Program-made: the position numbers and the translations under genes | Assembly: GCA_000320545.1 (NCBI GenBank) | Contig: ADNK01000313.1 | Location: 124,001-188,000, forward strand | Reading direction: 5' to 3' | Origin: Bigelowiella natans CCMP2755 | Lineage: Eukaryota; Protista; Cercozoa | DNA length: 64,000 nt | The notes under the pieces: model-generated | Seen by the model: only the letters and a program-made list of their open reading frames with translations | Database searches by the model: none | Told to the model about the DNA's origin: nothing | In this document: positions 38,158 through 51,400 of the stretch, piece by piece | Layout: the number at the start of each line of letters is the position of its first letter | How positions within the stretch are numbered: the first letter of the stretch is position 1

Positions 38158-38861
38158 ATATATCCAAGATATGTCCAAATGTGTCCGAAGATTATTGAAA
38201 CTTGACGGTTGCGTGTTTGATGATCGACTGGCAACAACAACAACAATAGCAACAGCAACAACAACAACAACAACAACCAAGAAGAACTACGAGATAGAGC
38301 TGGCTCGTAGTGTAGTGTGCAAAAGTCAAAAGTTGGAAGAGGAGAAGGAAAGAGGAAGAAGGAGGACAAGGTAGTAGATAATCCAAACGCGATGTGTGTG
38401 CCAACTCATCCTCCCCCCAATCCAATCCCGATGCCCCCCATATTTCTTCCCCTTTAATGTTACGACGAGTTGTAAATTTAGATTAGCTGTACCTTCAAAC
38501 GGCATGACTCCTTATTCAAGGATCTGGACATAGATTTGTTGCATTGTCGCTAACACGCACCTGAGACGTGTGATTATACGAGTTCGCCAACTCGATCCTG
38601 AATCTTGTTTTTATTGGAACTAATCGCTCCGATCTATTCGTGTTTTTGTTCGCGTATCTATTTTTTATCAAAAAATCGTCCGACCCACTCCAATTTTTGT
38701 ATTTTTGGAGATTAATTATCCGGAAGCCTGCTGTTGTGCGACTACTTGGTAGCAAATTGCAGCTACTCAGCGTCCTGGTACCTTGATCGCCTAACTTGAA
38801 ATCCTACTTCACAAGACGCAGATTCAGACTCCCTATCAACAAAATATCTTCTTTACTTAAT

Positions 38862-39904
38862 ATGGCGGATCCGCAGGTACAGCAAAACAGAAATTCATTT
38901 GTAGACATGATGCAACATTCTTTTGTTGTAGGTACGTTCAAGTTCAGACGATTTCGAACATGTTGAAGCTATTCACGATGACGAAGACTCCACGGTTGAT
39001 TGACTCTTTTAGTATCCCCGGATGATTGATGATGCTTGCTTCATCCCCCAATTAACCCGTAAAATGAAATCAAAGACTTAGTCTTTTGGAAACACAGGAC
39101 GATGAAAGGGAGCAGAAGTCTAAAGAAGAAAAGTCATCAAAGATAACCCACCGAAAGGTATCTCTAAATATTATTTACATCTTCTATCTGTGGTGTCGCA
39201 TAGAGGTTTAGTCTTGCGTTCTGTTACGCACAACAATGAGAAACAGTAAATCAATCAAAATGGACAGGAAGCTACTATTTTTATCAATCATTTGATTTTG
39301 CAGTATATACTGAAAAAATTATGCGAATCCCTTCCCCCCCTCCTTTCTTCTTTGCCTTTGGAGCTATACATGTGCATTACTTCTATACTTCCTCTTTGGA
39401 GATCCTCTTTTCTGCTGGTAGATATGATACGATAATATGACGCAATGGCAGGTTGTTTCTCGCGAGAAGGAGGGCGACAGCATGGATATTACTCGCATGA
39501 TGAAGGGGATAACGGGAAATTTGCATCAATCGGCCGCCACGGTAAGTACTACATAGGGCGGCACATATCGTGTGAGCGAATTTGATTAACTCTCTGAACG
39601 CGTGCCTTGATCTCAGCCGCAGTGGGTGAAACGTTACATAAAGAAAGCGGAGCCGATGATACCGATCGTTGCACAGGTTTTAGCTAGATATATCACAGCA
39701 ACATGCACACAATATCCAGGCGTATGACAGCCCATCATCCTCTTCTCTAATTCTCTCCTGCTCATCATAGGTTTTGCGCATCATTGCCGGTGTTACGAAT
39801 GGGATTGTAAATGCGGTCTTCCCGCTACTCACTGCGGCGAAGGCTAACAAGTTCGATGTGTATCTTCCTGCCATTATTGGGGTCATTATGGTACTACCTC
39901 CATC

Positions 39905-39938
<34 letters not shown>

Positions 39939-41087
39939 TATCGCCATTTTCATCAGCATCATTAGCAGCAGCATCATCACCATCATCGAGCTAGTGTGTA
40001 ATGAATCTCTAATAAAGGAGCATTCTTATTCAAACTCTACTACAATAATAGTAGTAGCAATAATGAAAATAATAGCCACCAACCCAACCCGCATCATCTT
40101 TGTTGCTGCTACTACTACCACTGCTGCTACTGCTACTGCTACTACTTCCACAAGGTATTCTACGGAGGGTCGTTCATGTTTCTCATCGCGGCTGTCGAGG
40201 CATATCGAATCTCCGGATGGTATTTCGCATAGCATACTAGAGGAGGGAGGGGGAGGGCGAATCTATACGTTGCTATGTAGAGGTGGCGCGCGTGTTTGTG
40301 TTTGTGTATGTGTGCGTATGTGCGTGCGTATTCGATTCTTACGACAAGGTAGTGAAGTTGTCATTTATCACTAGGGAGCTGACCGAAAAGTGCTTAAAAG
40401 ATTTGTACCGAAATTATGCAAACGCCGCCGCAGCAGACGCTAAAGATGACGAAGATCTCGCGCAAATCGACGAGAACGACAGCAGGTCGAAGGAGGACAA
40501 GATGAGCGACGAAGAGTATCTTAGCCACAAAATTAGGCTGATCCTTACCGTTGTTAAGCCACAACAGGTAGTCCTCGTATGATGAAAAGGGAGACGACGA
40601 CAACGAGCCAAAGAACTTTCTTCCACCTACCCCTCTCTTAATTTCCATACGATGCAGCCCAGCCCTCCCTTGTTTGGTCATTGCCATGATCCTTCTCGTT
40701 CTCTCTTTTACAATAATAACAGCAACAAAATAATGGGAGATGTATACTAATCTGATGATGATGATGATGATGATAATGATTGCAATGCCGAAAACAGGTT
40801 TTGGACGCCGTGTCAGGCATCACCAGCGGCTTCTTCGCTGTTGTTGCTACCCTCAAGATGAAGTTTGCCGAGGCAGTGACCTTGGGAACCGCAATGGGAC
40901 AGATGTATGAGAAGGTGGTGAAGAAGCTCTTCCTGCATGATCTGCAGCTGGCCGCAGGCAAGTACAAAGAGTGGGTAGCACCATGCCTCAGCTATGCATG
41001 TAAAATCATTGGTATATCTCTTGCATATTCGCTTCAGGTAGTGGCAGTAGTAGCAGTAGAGTAGCAGTAGAGTAGCAGTAGAGTAGC

Positions 41088-41122
<35 letters not shown>

Positions 41123-41167
41123 GCGTGCAATGGTAGATTCACATAGGGGATGAGGACAACAATTGAA

Positions 41168-41235
<68 letters not shown>

Positions 41236-41745
41236 GTGCGTGTGTGGGTGGGTAGGGGTGGGCAGGAGAAGTGCATACATTTAAAGTATCTCCTTTTCAA
41301 ACTGACGTCCTACCTTCTATTCCTTTCCTCGATCAACAGCGCGTGATCTTCGCTTTCTACAGCTCGTTGCGCGGTGCTGACCTGATCGTGATGGCGTTCG
41401 TTGGCATTGTCTCCTCCGTTGGGGAGAGGAAGAGCGCCAAGAAGGGAATGGAGCACGAAACAGACTTCACCTTAATATTCAGCAAGGTGCGAGCGCAAAG
41501 GCGAACAACTAACTCCCCTTAATGGCTCTGATGATGCGCGCTTCCATTGCTTCCAAATAAATTTCTAGGGGTTGATTTGCTGATTCATCGCTTTTTGCTC
41601 GTGTCGTCTTTAGTTTGTCATCGCAAGCTTTGGTTTCGGGAAGCAACTGCTAAGCGGCTTCGCTGTGGGATTTCCCCTGAGCTTTGTTTTGATGCCGTTT
41701 TCTTTCTTGGACTGGTGTATCGGAATGGCGCTTGTCTGGAACTAA
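38862..41745 (+). CDS. Uncharacterised multi-pass membrane protein, multi-exon
   Basis: GT-AG-flanked exons from ATGGCGGATCCGCAG|gt to ..GFPLSFVLMPFSFLDWCIGMALVWN*. Hydrophobic segments include YLPAIIGVIM|VFYGGSFMFLIAAVEAY, FFAVVATLKMKFAEAVTLG and YACKIIGISLAYSLQ|RVIFAFYSSLRG. Confidence 0.75.
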
Positions 41746-41780
41746 CTAGCAGCACAGCAGTGACTACGGGGCAACCGCAG

Positions 41781-41826
<46 letters not shown>

Positions 41827-41971
41827 CAACGACACATCGTTCATCCTGGTTGCTAGGCCAAGATGTGATGATTCTGCTTCATCCACAATACGAAGAAAAA
41901 CTGAGAACACAGCACCCATTGACTCGATCTGGGTGCTTGTGTAAGTGTGATGTGTCAGCGGCAGCAGCAGC

Positions 41972-42026
<55 letters not shown>

Positions 42027-42463
42027 TAATACTTAATTAACAGCGTGTATTGTCCACGCGACACATGTTGTGTTGATGAATGTACGAAGCGCGCGATGAA
42101 AATGCTTTTAGCAGCCCTGCACACATTGTTGCGTTGACGCCCCAACCATTTGCATGTCTGCTATGAGGGCAGGTGAGCGTCGTGCACACCGGCTGCGAGC
42201 TTGTAAGCCGCAAAAAAGATAAGTGTAATCGAACCATGCGAAAAAAAGGCGCACATGGGCGGATGTTATTCATTGTTGTACAAGCGCGCTAGTACGTTAG
42301 TCGATCTAATGAAGGAATGTCATCATCATGCTTACATTGTGAGTGCAAAATTAAGCCGATTACAGTTTGCATGTGCATGCAGTGATTCGACAAGTTTCAT
42401 GAATTGGTCACCACATTAACTGACCGAACAGCTGCACTTGCCGCATATCAATAAATGCGCGCA

Positions 42464-43492
42464 TCATGTTATATCATATTCGCACTGCGTAGATTTGTTC
42501 TTTACACTTAGGGATTTAAATTCCTCATTCAGGTATCCTTTTTCGATATCTCCCCCATATCGCTTTTCTTCTTCTTCTTCTTCAGGTATCTTCTCTGCTA
42601 GTATCTTTGATGCCTATCGTTTGCTTGCGTATCGCGGAGGTAGATATTGTTCTGTACTCGAGTTCTCTTCGGATTGTTCTTTCCCCGCGTCACCGATGCT
42701 TTGTATGTCGTCGCTATCACGTACATTAGCTGGTTTGGTAGGTCTAAGGCTCGTTTTTTCGAGGCTATTATTCATCCCTTGGTTGCCCATTTCCTGATAG
42801 AATCTTTGTATGTGAGCCTCCTCTTTCGGTATTGCTCTCTTGGCGGCTAACATTCTTCGAGCCCGGCGTTGTTGGATTACGTATAATCTCTCAGGGGGCG
42901 GCGAGAGTTCGTCCGACTCATTCAAATCCTGCTCGCCCCCGGCGAGGTACAGCCCATTTTGGATGAGGTCTAAGCTCTCGACGGGCGGAGACAAGTCGTC
43001 TGATTTGATCTCACTCCGATCAATGCCGGTGAGCTTAGAGGCATTGTGCCGTGTACTAGCTGATTCTTGAAGAGTCGTTGAGTTTTCTGCTTCTTGAGAA
43101 CCATCGAATACTACTTCACGACTCTTTGATGAAGGGACGTGAACGTTCTCGTGATGAACATTTCCAAATTCAAGTGGGGCTTTATTTTCTCTAATTCCAC
43201 CTGAAGGGCGCTCTCTATTGGGGAACTGGTTTGCAGATTTGAATATCCTCTCGATCTGGCAGTAATGATGAATATTACATTCTTTGAATATCTCGTCGGG
43301 GCGGTGGGGGTGCAGAAAGTAGCGAATCATATAATACACTTAAAATGCCCAGATATGATTACATGCAGAGCTTACATATGATGCGTACATAGTGTAGGAG
43401 TCTGTGTGTATAAGTGCATAAATTCAAGGATTTTAGAATTTCTTGCGAATCATGCCATTGCTTGCCGCACAAACACACACGCATACATGTAT

Positions 43493-43552
<60 letters not shown>

Positions 43553-46500
43553 TACAATTATATGTAAATAAATCATGCAAAACATGCAAGACCTGGGAAA
43601 CCAAATGGTTAGACAGATCCCCAGGTGCGTCTTTGTACGTCCTATCGTCGTCCAAGACGGTATCATCTGCTGCCCCGCCAGCAAGGGTTTGAGAAGCTCG
43701 AAGGTTCTCATCTTTCAACTCATTTTGAATGTCACGGAGAAGGTATTCCATGTCTTCCAGTCCCAAATCCAGATCCCCGATCTCAGACTGGATGAGCCGC
43801 ATCTGGTACATATGTTTGGGGAATCGCGTGCGTTAGCGCACAGGCAGAAGACACACAAATGCCTGCCGCCATCATCATCATCATTATCATCATCATCATC
43901 ATTATCATCATCATCATCATCATCATCATCATAGCTTAATCATATTCATAGCCAGTAATCAAGTAGCTCCTCCTAGCATCTATAGCAGACCTGCATGGAT
44001 ATCGATGATCCGGAGTCAATTCGTGATTGGAGCAGCCGGTCATCACCGATGGACTGGCGCTTCCGAAAGATGTCCTTGAGAGATTCTCTTAATTCACGCC
44101 CTACTGCATGTGGGCCAGCTCGCTTTCTCGAAGAGCGCCCTCTGTTTACGCCTTCGTTCAGATACGTCGCTCCCATCATGTCGGCGATGTTGTGAGAGCC
44201 GATTGCTGTTGCTGTTGCTGTTGGAGCTTTATCGTCATCCCGGGCCATCTTTGTATCATTCTTATGGGAGTTCTCGGTTTTGCTATCCGGCGCGAGTAGA
44301 TTCATGTAGCTTTCTCTGAGCTCTTGCACGGTGTTGAACTTTGAGGAAGGTTTTTCGGAGGAGTGCTTTGTTTCCCCAGTTGTTGGAGGGCTTGGCGATG
44401 CTGATGGCGACCCAGCTCCAACATGCTGCATTGCCTTCAGCACATTCTATTTTGCCAATATGTAAGGGAAATATGTAAATACATAAAAAAAGTAAATAAA
44501 TATGGATATATCAGCAGCGACAAATGAATACTTATCTATTTTGTGCAGCACACACGGACCTCATAGGCGCCTTCCACGTGAGAATGGTGTCTACTTGTGT
44601 TAACTAGTCCATTCGAAGCGATTCTTTCGGCAGTCTTGGGATCGGCCAAAGCAAAAATGGCTGCCCTGCTTGACGTCCAGTCTCCCACGCCCTTCTCACT
44701 CAACACCCCTTCAGCAGCAGCTCTTTCGGATAGAAGGGAGCCTAACAAATGATGCCACGAAATACCTTGTAAGTACTAGTAGTCGTGTTCAATTTACTAC
44801 TCACCTCCCTCTTGCTACCGTATTTATGCATCGTCATGGAAATCTCTACTTCGTTAGATTGAGTGCTAAAAATATGAACAACATCCCCTTCCTCCTCCTC
44901 CTCCTCCTTCTTCTTCTTCTTCTTCTTCGTCTTCTTCTCCCCGCATCATCTCACCCTTGTTATCATCATCCGCTCTTCTCCCATTAGTATTCGGACGAGG
45001 AGGCCTCTTGCTGCCTGTTGTATTATCGCTGCCATTATTACGGTTGCCGCTACAGCTGTCGTTGACGTCGAAACAGGATGATCCGTCCCACACCACATCT
45101 TCGGTTAGCCAGTACAGCTCTCCAAATGTGATAATGTTTGGGGAATCGTGCGCAACAGCAGCCTGGAAGCGCACTTCCTCGACCAGCCGTTTCGTATCGG
45201 CGTCCCCCATTTTCATCATCGAAGCTCTGGCATTGGCGAGCCTTAATGCGAACCCCGCATCCGACAAGTGGCAAAGCCTGTCGCAGAGAGAACCGATGAA
45301 AACCTTCTTTCGCACCATCTTATTGCGGTGATCGTCGCCATCTAAATAGCCCCCTGCCCCCTCCCCCCCCTTCAAAGCCGTAGTTGTGTGCATCATGCTC
45401 CCGATCAGATTGTTGGTCATCTCGTCGCTAGCGCCACACAACAAGGCCGAGACCATGACTTGCACGACAGCAGGGAGGGCCTCTCCGGGAGAAGAAGGAG
45501 ACTCTCCCATTCGAAACACCCTTTCAAGTTGGAGCTCTCGTTTCATCCTCTTTCGCCGAAGCCCGTCCTCTGCAGCATAAGATGCCACTACTTCGTTGTC
45601 GTCGTTATCACGACCTTTCTCGTCAGGTTCACTGCAATGGTAAGCCCACCGCTTCCTGTCGTAAATAGCTTTGCACACGTCGCTTCGCCTCGCCCTTCCA
45701 TCTCCCTTCGAGTCTATACTCGAGAAGACACGAAACAAATGGTCGACGTCTGCTCCCGAGACTCTGATGAATTCCTTCTGCCTTCGGTCCCCTGCTACAG
45801 CTCTCGTGTCGCTACCACCTTCGAGGTGGCCACGGCTGTCAGTTGCTGCTCTGCGGTTTAGGAAGGAGGCCAAGAACTCCCCGAAGCTGACTTGTGTGTT
45901 GGTGGACTGTCGCATTGAGTCAATAAAGTGGTGGCATGATACGAATACCTGATGGTAAGTAAATCAATCAGCTGACGAGGAAGGAAGGAGGATATCGAGG
46001 AAGATTAATGATAAAGGTGGTGGTGGTGGTGGTGGTTACGGGTCGGAAAGCCATTTTTAAAAAAAATGTACAGACATTGACTCCTTGGTTAGTACATATA
46101 TGTACATGCAGGCGTGCGTGTGCAATATCAGAGAGAAAGATGACGTTCAGCTATTAAGAGAGACTTTTTCGAGGTGTCCTCATCTCCAAAATGAAAAGAT
46201 AAGAACTAGCTTTAGATAGATTGTATGTATTGACCGGACGCACCTTTTTCCATGTCTGCCGATGATTTTGATTCTTAAAAAGGATTTGCACACGGCGGCT
46301 GGACTTCAGAGCCTCGACCAGGCGAGTTTTGGATAGAACGCCACTTCCCGTGGTGTCAACACTTCGAAACAACTTGTAGAGTGTGCTAACAGCACTTTCG
46401 GGGGAACAGCCGTCCTGCTGCAAGCGCCGCCATGCCTCCACGTATCTTAAAATTGCAGATCCGAGAGATAAATTGTCAGCGTCGTGATCACCACGTATAC

Positions 46501-47657
46501 TGCTACGACCCTCCATCATGTCGTGCTCACTGAAGCCTTTGAGCAGTCCGTCGTTGGGGCTCGGTGGTAGGAGTGATGGTAGTAGAGGCCTCAGCGTATG
46601 GTAAAATCTGCAATAGGCGGAGGCTCGTTCCTTCTCCTCCTCCTCTAATATCCCGTTATTAGTCCGCTCCTTTGGCGATGCCTCTAGAAATATCTTTTCA
46701 AACTTGGAGAAACAGATCCTGTTGGTTGAGGAGGGAGGACTTCCCATGCTGCGGTGATCATTTTGTCTCATCATACTCACTTCTCTCCGCTCGATGCTAT
46801 CTGCAACGTGTTTGATGCGAGCACTTGGAAGTTTAAGGATGAACGACACGACGTCTATGCCCAAGCTCAACGGCACATATCCCTCCCGTTGATGGTCGAG
46901 CACACGGAAGACTCGCCGCATCCACATCGGTATCATATTGGCGGCCGATGGTGAAGAAGGAGCTGGTGACCTAGGTGATAGCGAGGACACGAATTTCCTT
47001 CGTCTGTCTTCAATATCAAGACTTTGCACTAACGAATGCGAGGGGTTTCTGAAGATACGCGCTATTTTTGCCAAGGAGAAAACTGCTGAGGAGATCGCTG
47101 CTCCTGTGCAGCGTCCGCTACTCACAATGCTTCTGATTGCATGTTCAGGCTTCGTCCTACCTCTAGAAACCACAACCCCCCCTGGGGTATTGTTATTAAT
47201 ATTATTACCTTCATTCGCAATGCTGCTGCTATTTCCACCGTCGTCGTCGTCGTCATGATGGTAAAGATACTGCCATAGCTTCAAAATCGTAGTCACTCCC
47301 TTCAGGTGTCTTGTGTTTACCCCCTTTGGAAGTACAGCCGCAAATATCTTCAAGAAAGGAGAGGTTGTTTTGACATCGCCTTGCTCCTTCTGCTCTGTAA
47401 TATTGCCTCTACTTCTACTAGTGCTGCTGCTAAAAAGTTCTTTCTCGTCGAGATTCTTAAGAAATTCATCCTTGGACTTATATCTCTCCGCTAGCCAATT
47501 CCTGGAAGAAGCGCTGTGGGCACTGCTCTCCAAATGGTGTGCAGGGCCGCCACGAACCTCGAGGAGGTCTCGAATCCAAAATTCCTTCCCAGCATGTGAT
47601 TTGATACCACCTCTCTCCTCCTCGTTCTCTTCATTTTTGACAACGGAGTCACTAACC

Positions 47658-47690
<33 letters not shown>

Positions 47691-48461
47691 AGCTCCTTCC
47701 GAGGCCTTTTCGGTGCTATTGTCACTGCTGTTGTTGCTGCTCTTGAGGCTACTACGGTGAAAGCTATTGCTGCAAATACATCCAGAATCTCGGTGTCGGT
47801 CGGGGGAGCATACCTTGCCTTTCGCCACCATCGTTGAAACGCTGCCATTGCTGCTCCGGAGGGGGTTTGAATTGTCTCAAGGACTCGGCTGCATTCAACC
47901 CATCGGAAGAATCTGATGGGAATCAACTTGGAGCACCCGCTTGAAAAGTACGGGTCGCGAAGGATCTTGGCAAAGCCCCCCCCTTCTCCAGCTTGTTGTC
48001 GTCCCCCCGCTTGGCCATCCCCACCACTCATTAAGTACGATTTCACTCGATCGAGAAACTGGTCCTCCTGCACAGTGGCAGCAACCATTCGGATTCCATC
48101 ATCTTTCCCATCGACCGCCGTCGTCGTCTTCTTCTCCATGTCTTCTCCTTCCTTCCTGCTCACTCTGGTATCTTCTGATTTCCAGCCTCCTCCTCTCGAA
48201 TCTTTATCTTCTTTAATACCGGCATGATGACGACGGTGGTGATAATAGCCGTCGTTGGAGGAAACTAGATCCCTCTGAGTATCGTGTCGAAGGTTTTCTT
48301 TCTTCCTTATAACGCTGCCATATTTCTCCTGCTTTCCTCGCCTCTCGCCCTGCGCAATGGCTTGTTCATTGGAATTATGTGACTGGACAGGGGAAGAAGC
48401 GACGCTGCGCTCCGTTTCACGTCGCCGCTTTCTGAGGGATCACGCATAAACAATGCACACA

Positions 48462-48497
<36 letters not shown>

Positions 48498-51400
48498 TGA
48501 TTGTACTATCGGTCGTTTGTAAAGGCTATTGTGCTATGGCATCACTTGCATCAGAGGTTGTCATCGGTCATCTATTCACACCCCCCACCTTTCAAGAGCT
48601 CTTTCTTCGAGAAGCAAGGCAAGAGCTTGCTCTATTTTTGAGGAGGACGAGGTGCTGCCGCGACTAGTTTTTGGCGACGTGGTCGATGGGTCGTCTGCGG
48701 CATGCTGATGACGAGAGACACCATCACGATCATGATGGCTCATCAGGCTGCTTTTGCTTATATCCTCCCCAATTGCTGCTGATGGTGGTATCGAGCTAGC
48801 AGCCTGATACTCATTGACTGGAAGAGGAAGAAGCTTTCGTTGCTGCCCTGAATTATTTTTCTGTTGTTCATCATCCGCATTCTTCCCGTCCCTCGAATCT
48901 GTCCACAGCCTCACGACGACTGGGTCTCTGCCGCTGGAGGCGGAGTTGGGAGCATCAATGGCATCGTGCGATGACTTCTTCACTCTCGCCGCTGCGGAGG
49001 AGCTTTCCGCAAACTTGGACCTTAGAAGATATGGTCTCATCGCCTTTTGAAGAGGAACTGCTGACCTCTCGGGGTTAGATCTAAGGCCACCAGCACCAGC
49101 TACCCCTGCTTGATGACTGCTATTCCATATGCTAGCTTGCCCTCCTCGTCCTTTAGTTGTTGAAAATATACTACTAGCAGCAGGCCGTGTTGCCACAGCG
49201 ACAGCAGCATGACTACTAGTACTAGTACTAGTACTACTACTGTGATGCTGCAGCAGCAGCGGCCTCTGGCCCTCTCTACCCGTATCTCTTCTTCTTCTTC
49301 CTCCTCCTCGTCCTCCTGCTCTTTTCCTCCTTTGCTCCATCACTGAGCGCTCCCCAATAGGTCGTCGATAGATTGTTGGAAAGGAGGGCTGGCCAGATGG
49401 AAATGGGGCCAGTCTTGCCGAAAGGAGGGGGGGCAAAGAACACCAATTGCGAGGCTTTACGACAGCTGGATGGCCATGGGAGGACGGCGCAGCTTGTGGA
49501 AGCTGTAAAAGGACGTTTTTATTGTTCCCTTTTGGAGCTGCTTGCCCCTGCTGCACCGGCCTTTTCTCTTCCATCGGCCGTTTAACCGAACCATTATCGT
49601 TGACACTTTGCCTATCTTCCTGCTGCCATTGCCGCCGCTCGTTCTCTAACAAGCCTTGCATCATCTCTAAAACCTCTTTCCTGGTCAATCTGAACAAATA
49701 AGTAGTGCTAAAATCCTGGTTCCCCCCCCCCTCGAAATTTAATTATTTTATCTCTATTCTCCCCGTTTACCCACTGGCTAAATCTCGTATCCCTCTCATC
49801 ATGCCTAAAAGAAGCTTACACCCACTATGAAATCCTATCACGCGCTGCACGCAAATTTCAAAAATAATTAATACTTAGTATCGTACCCATCAGCTCTTTG
49901 GTTGTCTTGTTTATTTACTCCTCCTCCTCCTCCCGTTTGGTTGCTGAGGACCGCAGTATCTCCCGTCATCCCAGGAAACAAAAACATATCAGCCCCAGCA
50001 GTCGTAGTGCTCATCGGGCTCGGCAGGGCGCTCTTGTGCCTCGGTTCCGGCCGGCTTGAAAGTTCATGAATTTCACGACTTTCGTCATCGTCGTCGTCCT
50101 CCTCTTCGCCCTCACCAGAGATTTGCACGTACCTCCAGCTCGCATTGAATGAGTTTCTCTCCCATAAGCTCTCGATCCTCCGCAGATGTAGGACCAGGGC
50201 GAGCAGCATGGAGGGGGAAAAGCTGCTACTGCGATCGCGGGACGGCTGGTGTATATTCCTCACAACCTGGATCAAAGGCATTCCAATTCTGTCTTGTCCC
50301 TCCTTCTCATAGCCCCTGTCGCACAGTTTTGTCGAGACATGAAACCCGGTTGTATTTTCGAAGAAGTCGTGCCGAGACAGCACCTGCTCACTCTCCGCCA
50401 AGTTCTTCCGATAGAGCCTGGACTTTTCGTACAGGTAGTACACATATCTACGATGGCGTGAATCTGGTATTCGAGAGGTCCTTAGGGCAGAGATGTGTAG
50501 GACTTGACGACGGCTTGTGGGTAGTTGTTTTTCGTCAGAATTCTCTTCATCCATTATCATTTTCCTCACCTGCGGAGCTTCTTCGTCAATCCGGGCTAGA
50601 AGGCGTTTATAACAACTCTGTACGAACGAGGCCCTCACAATTTTTAATGGGGAAAGGTGCTCGTTGATAATCTCTGCAAGACGGGGAACGGCAGGGGCTT
50701 CGAGCATAAAGCCCAGTAATAAGCTCTGCACATCATGCTTGCGCTTTACATCTCGGACTGACGTGATAGTTGGCATTTTGGCGAGGCGGCTCGCCCATTC
50801 CACGCATCGCATAGCTTCCTTATCGATCAACAAGGATGTCTTTGACGATGGATTATCGTTTCTATCTTCGCCATTATCGTACTTGCCATGACCATTCCTG
50901 GTAGTGCTACTACTACTACTCTCAGTAGCTGAACCAAATTGTTGTAGCAGCCACTGCAATTTTTGAGCATGGAAGTATAGGTGATATCGTGCCTTGAAAA
51001 ACCACAGCCATCGTCGCATGACTCTGGCCCATTTCTTTGGAGAAAATTTGGATGTATCCTCGTGATCTACCACATCTCCATCCACATCGTCTAGAATGTC
51101 GTCCAGTTCCGGTCTCCGATTACTTCGAGTACCACTCCTTTCGTTCAAATTGTTGCCCGCAGCAGCCCCTCCGTCTCGAGGCTTTGCTTTGTATCCTACA
51201 TCATCACGCGATGTTTCTTCTAGAATCCTCTCCATATCGTCGCCTTTCACTACGCTAATCAGGGAAACCGGAGTCAAGTGCGTGGTCTTCTCGCTACTGC
51301 GTGCTGCTTCTATGTCTTTCTCATCTTTGGCATCACCTGTGGCATTTTCGCCACTCTTCCCTTTCCGCTCCTTTCTCTTATCCTGATCATTCTCATCGTT

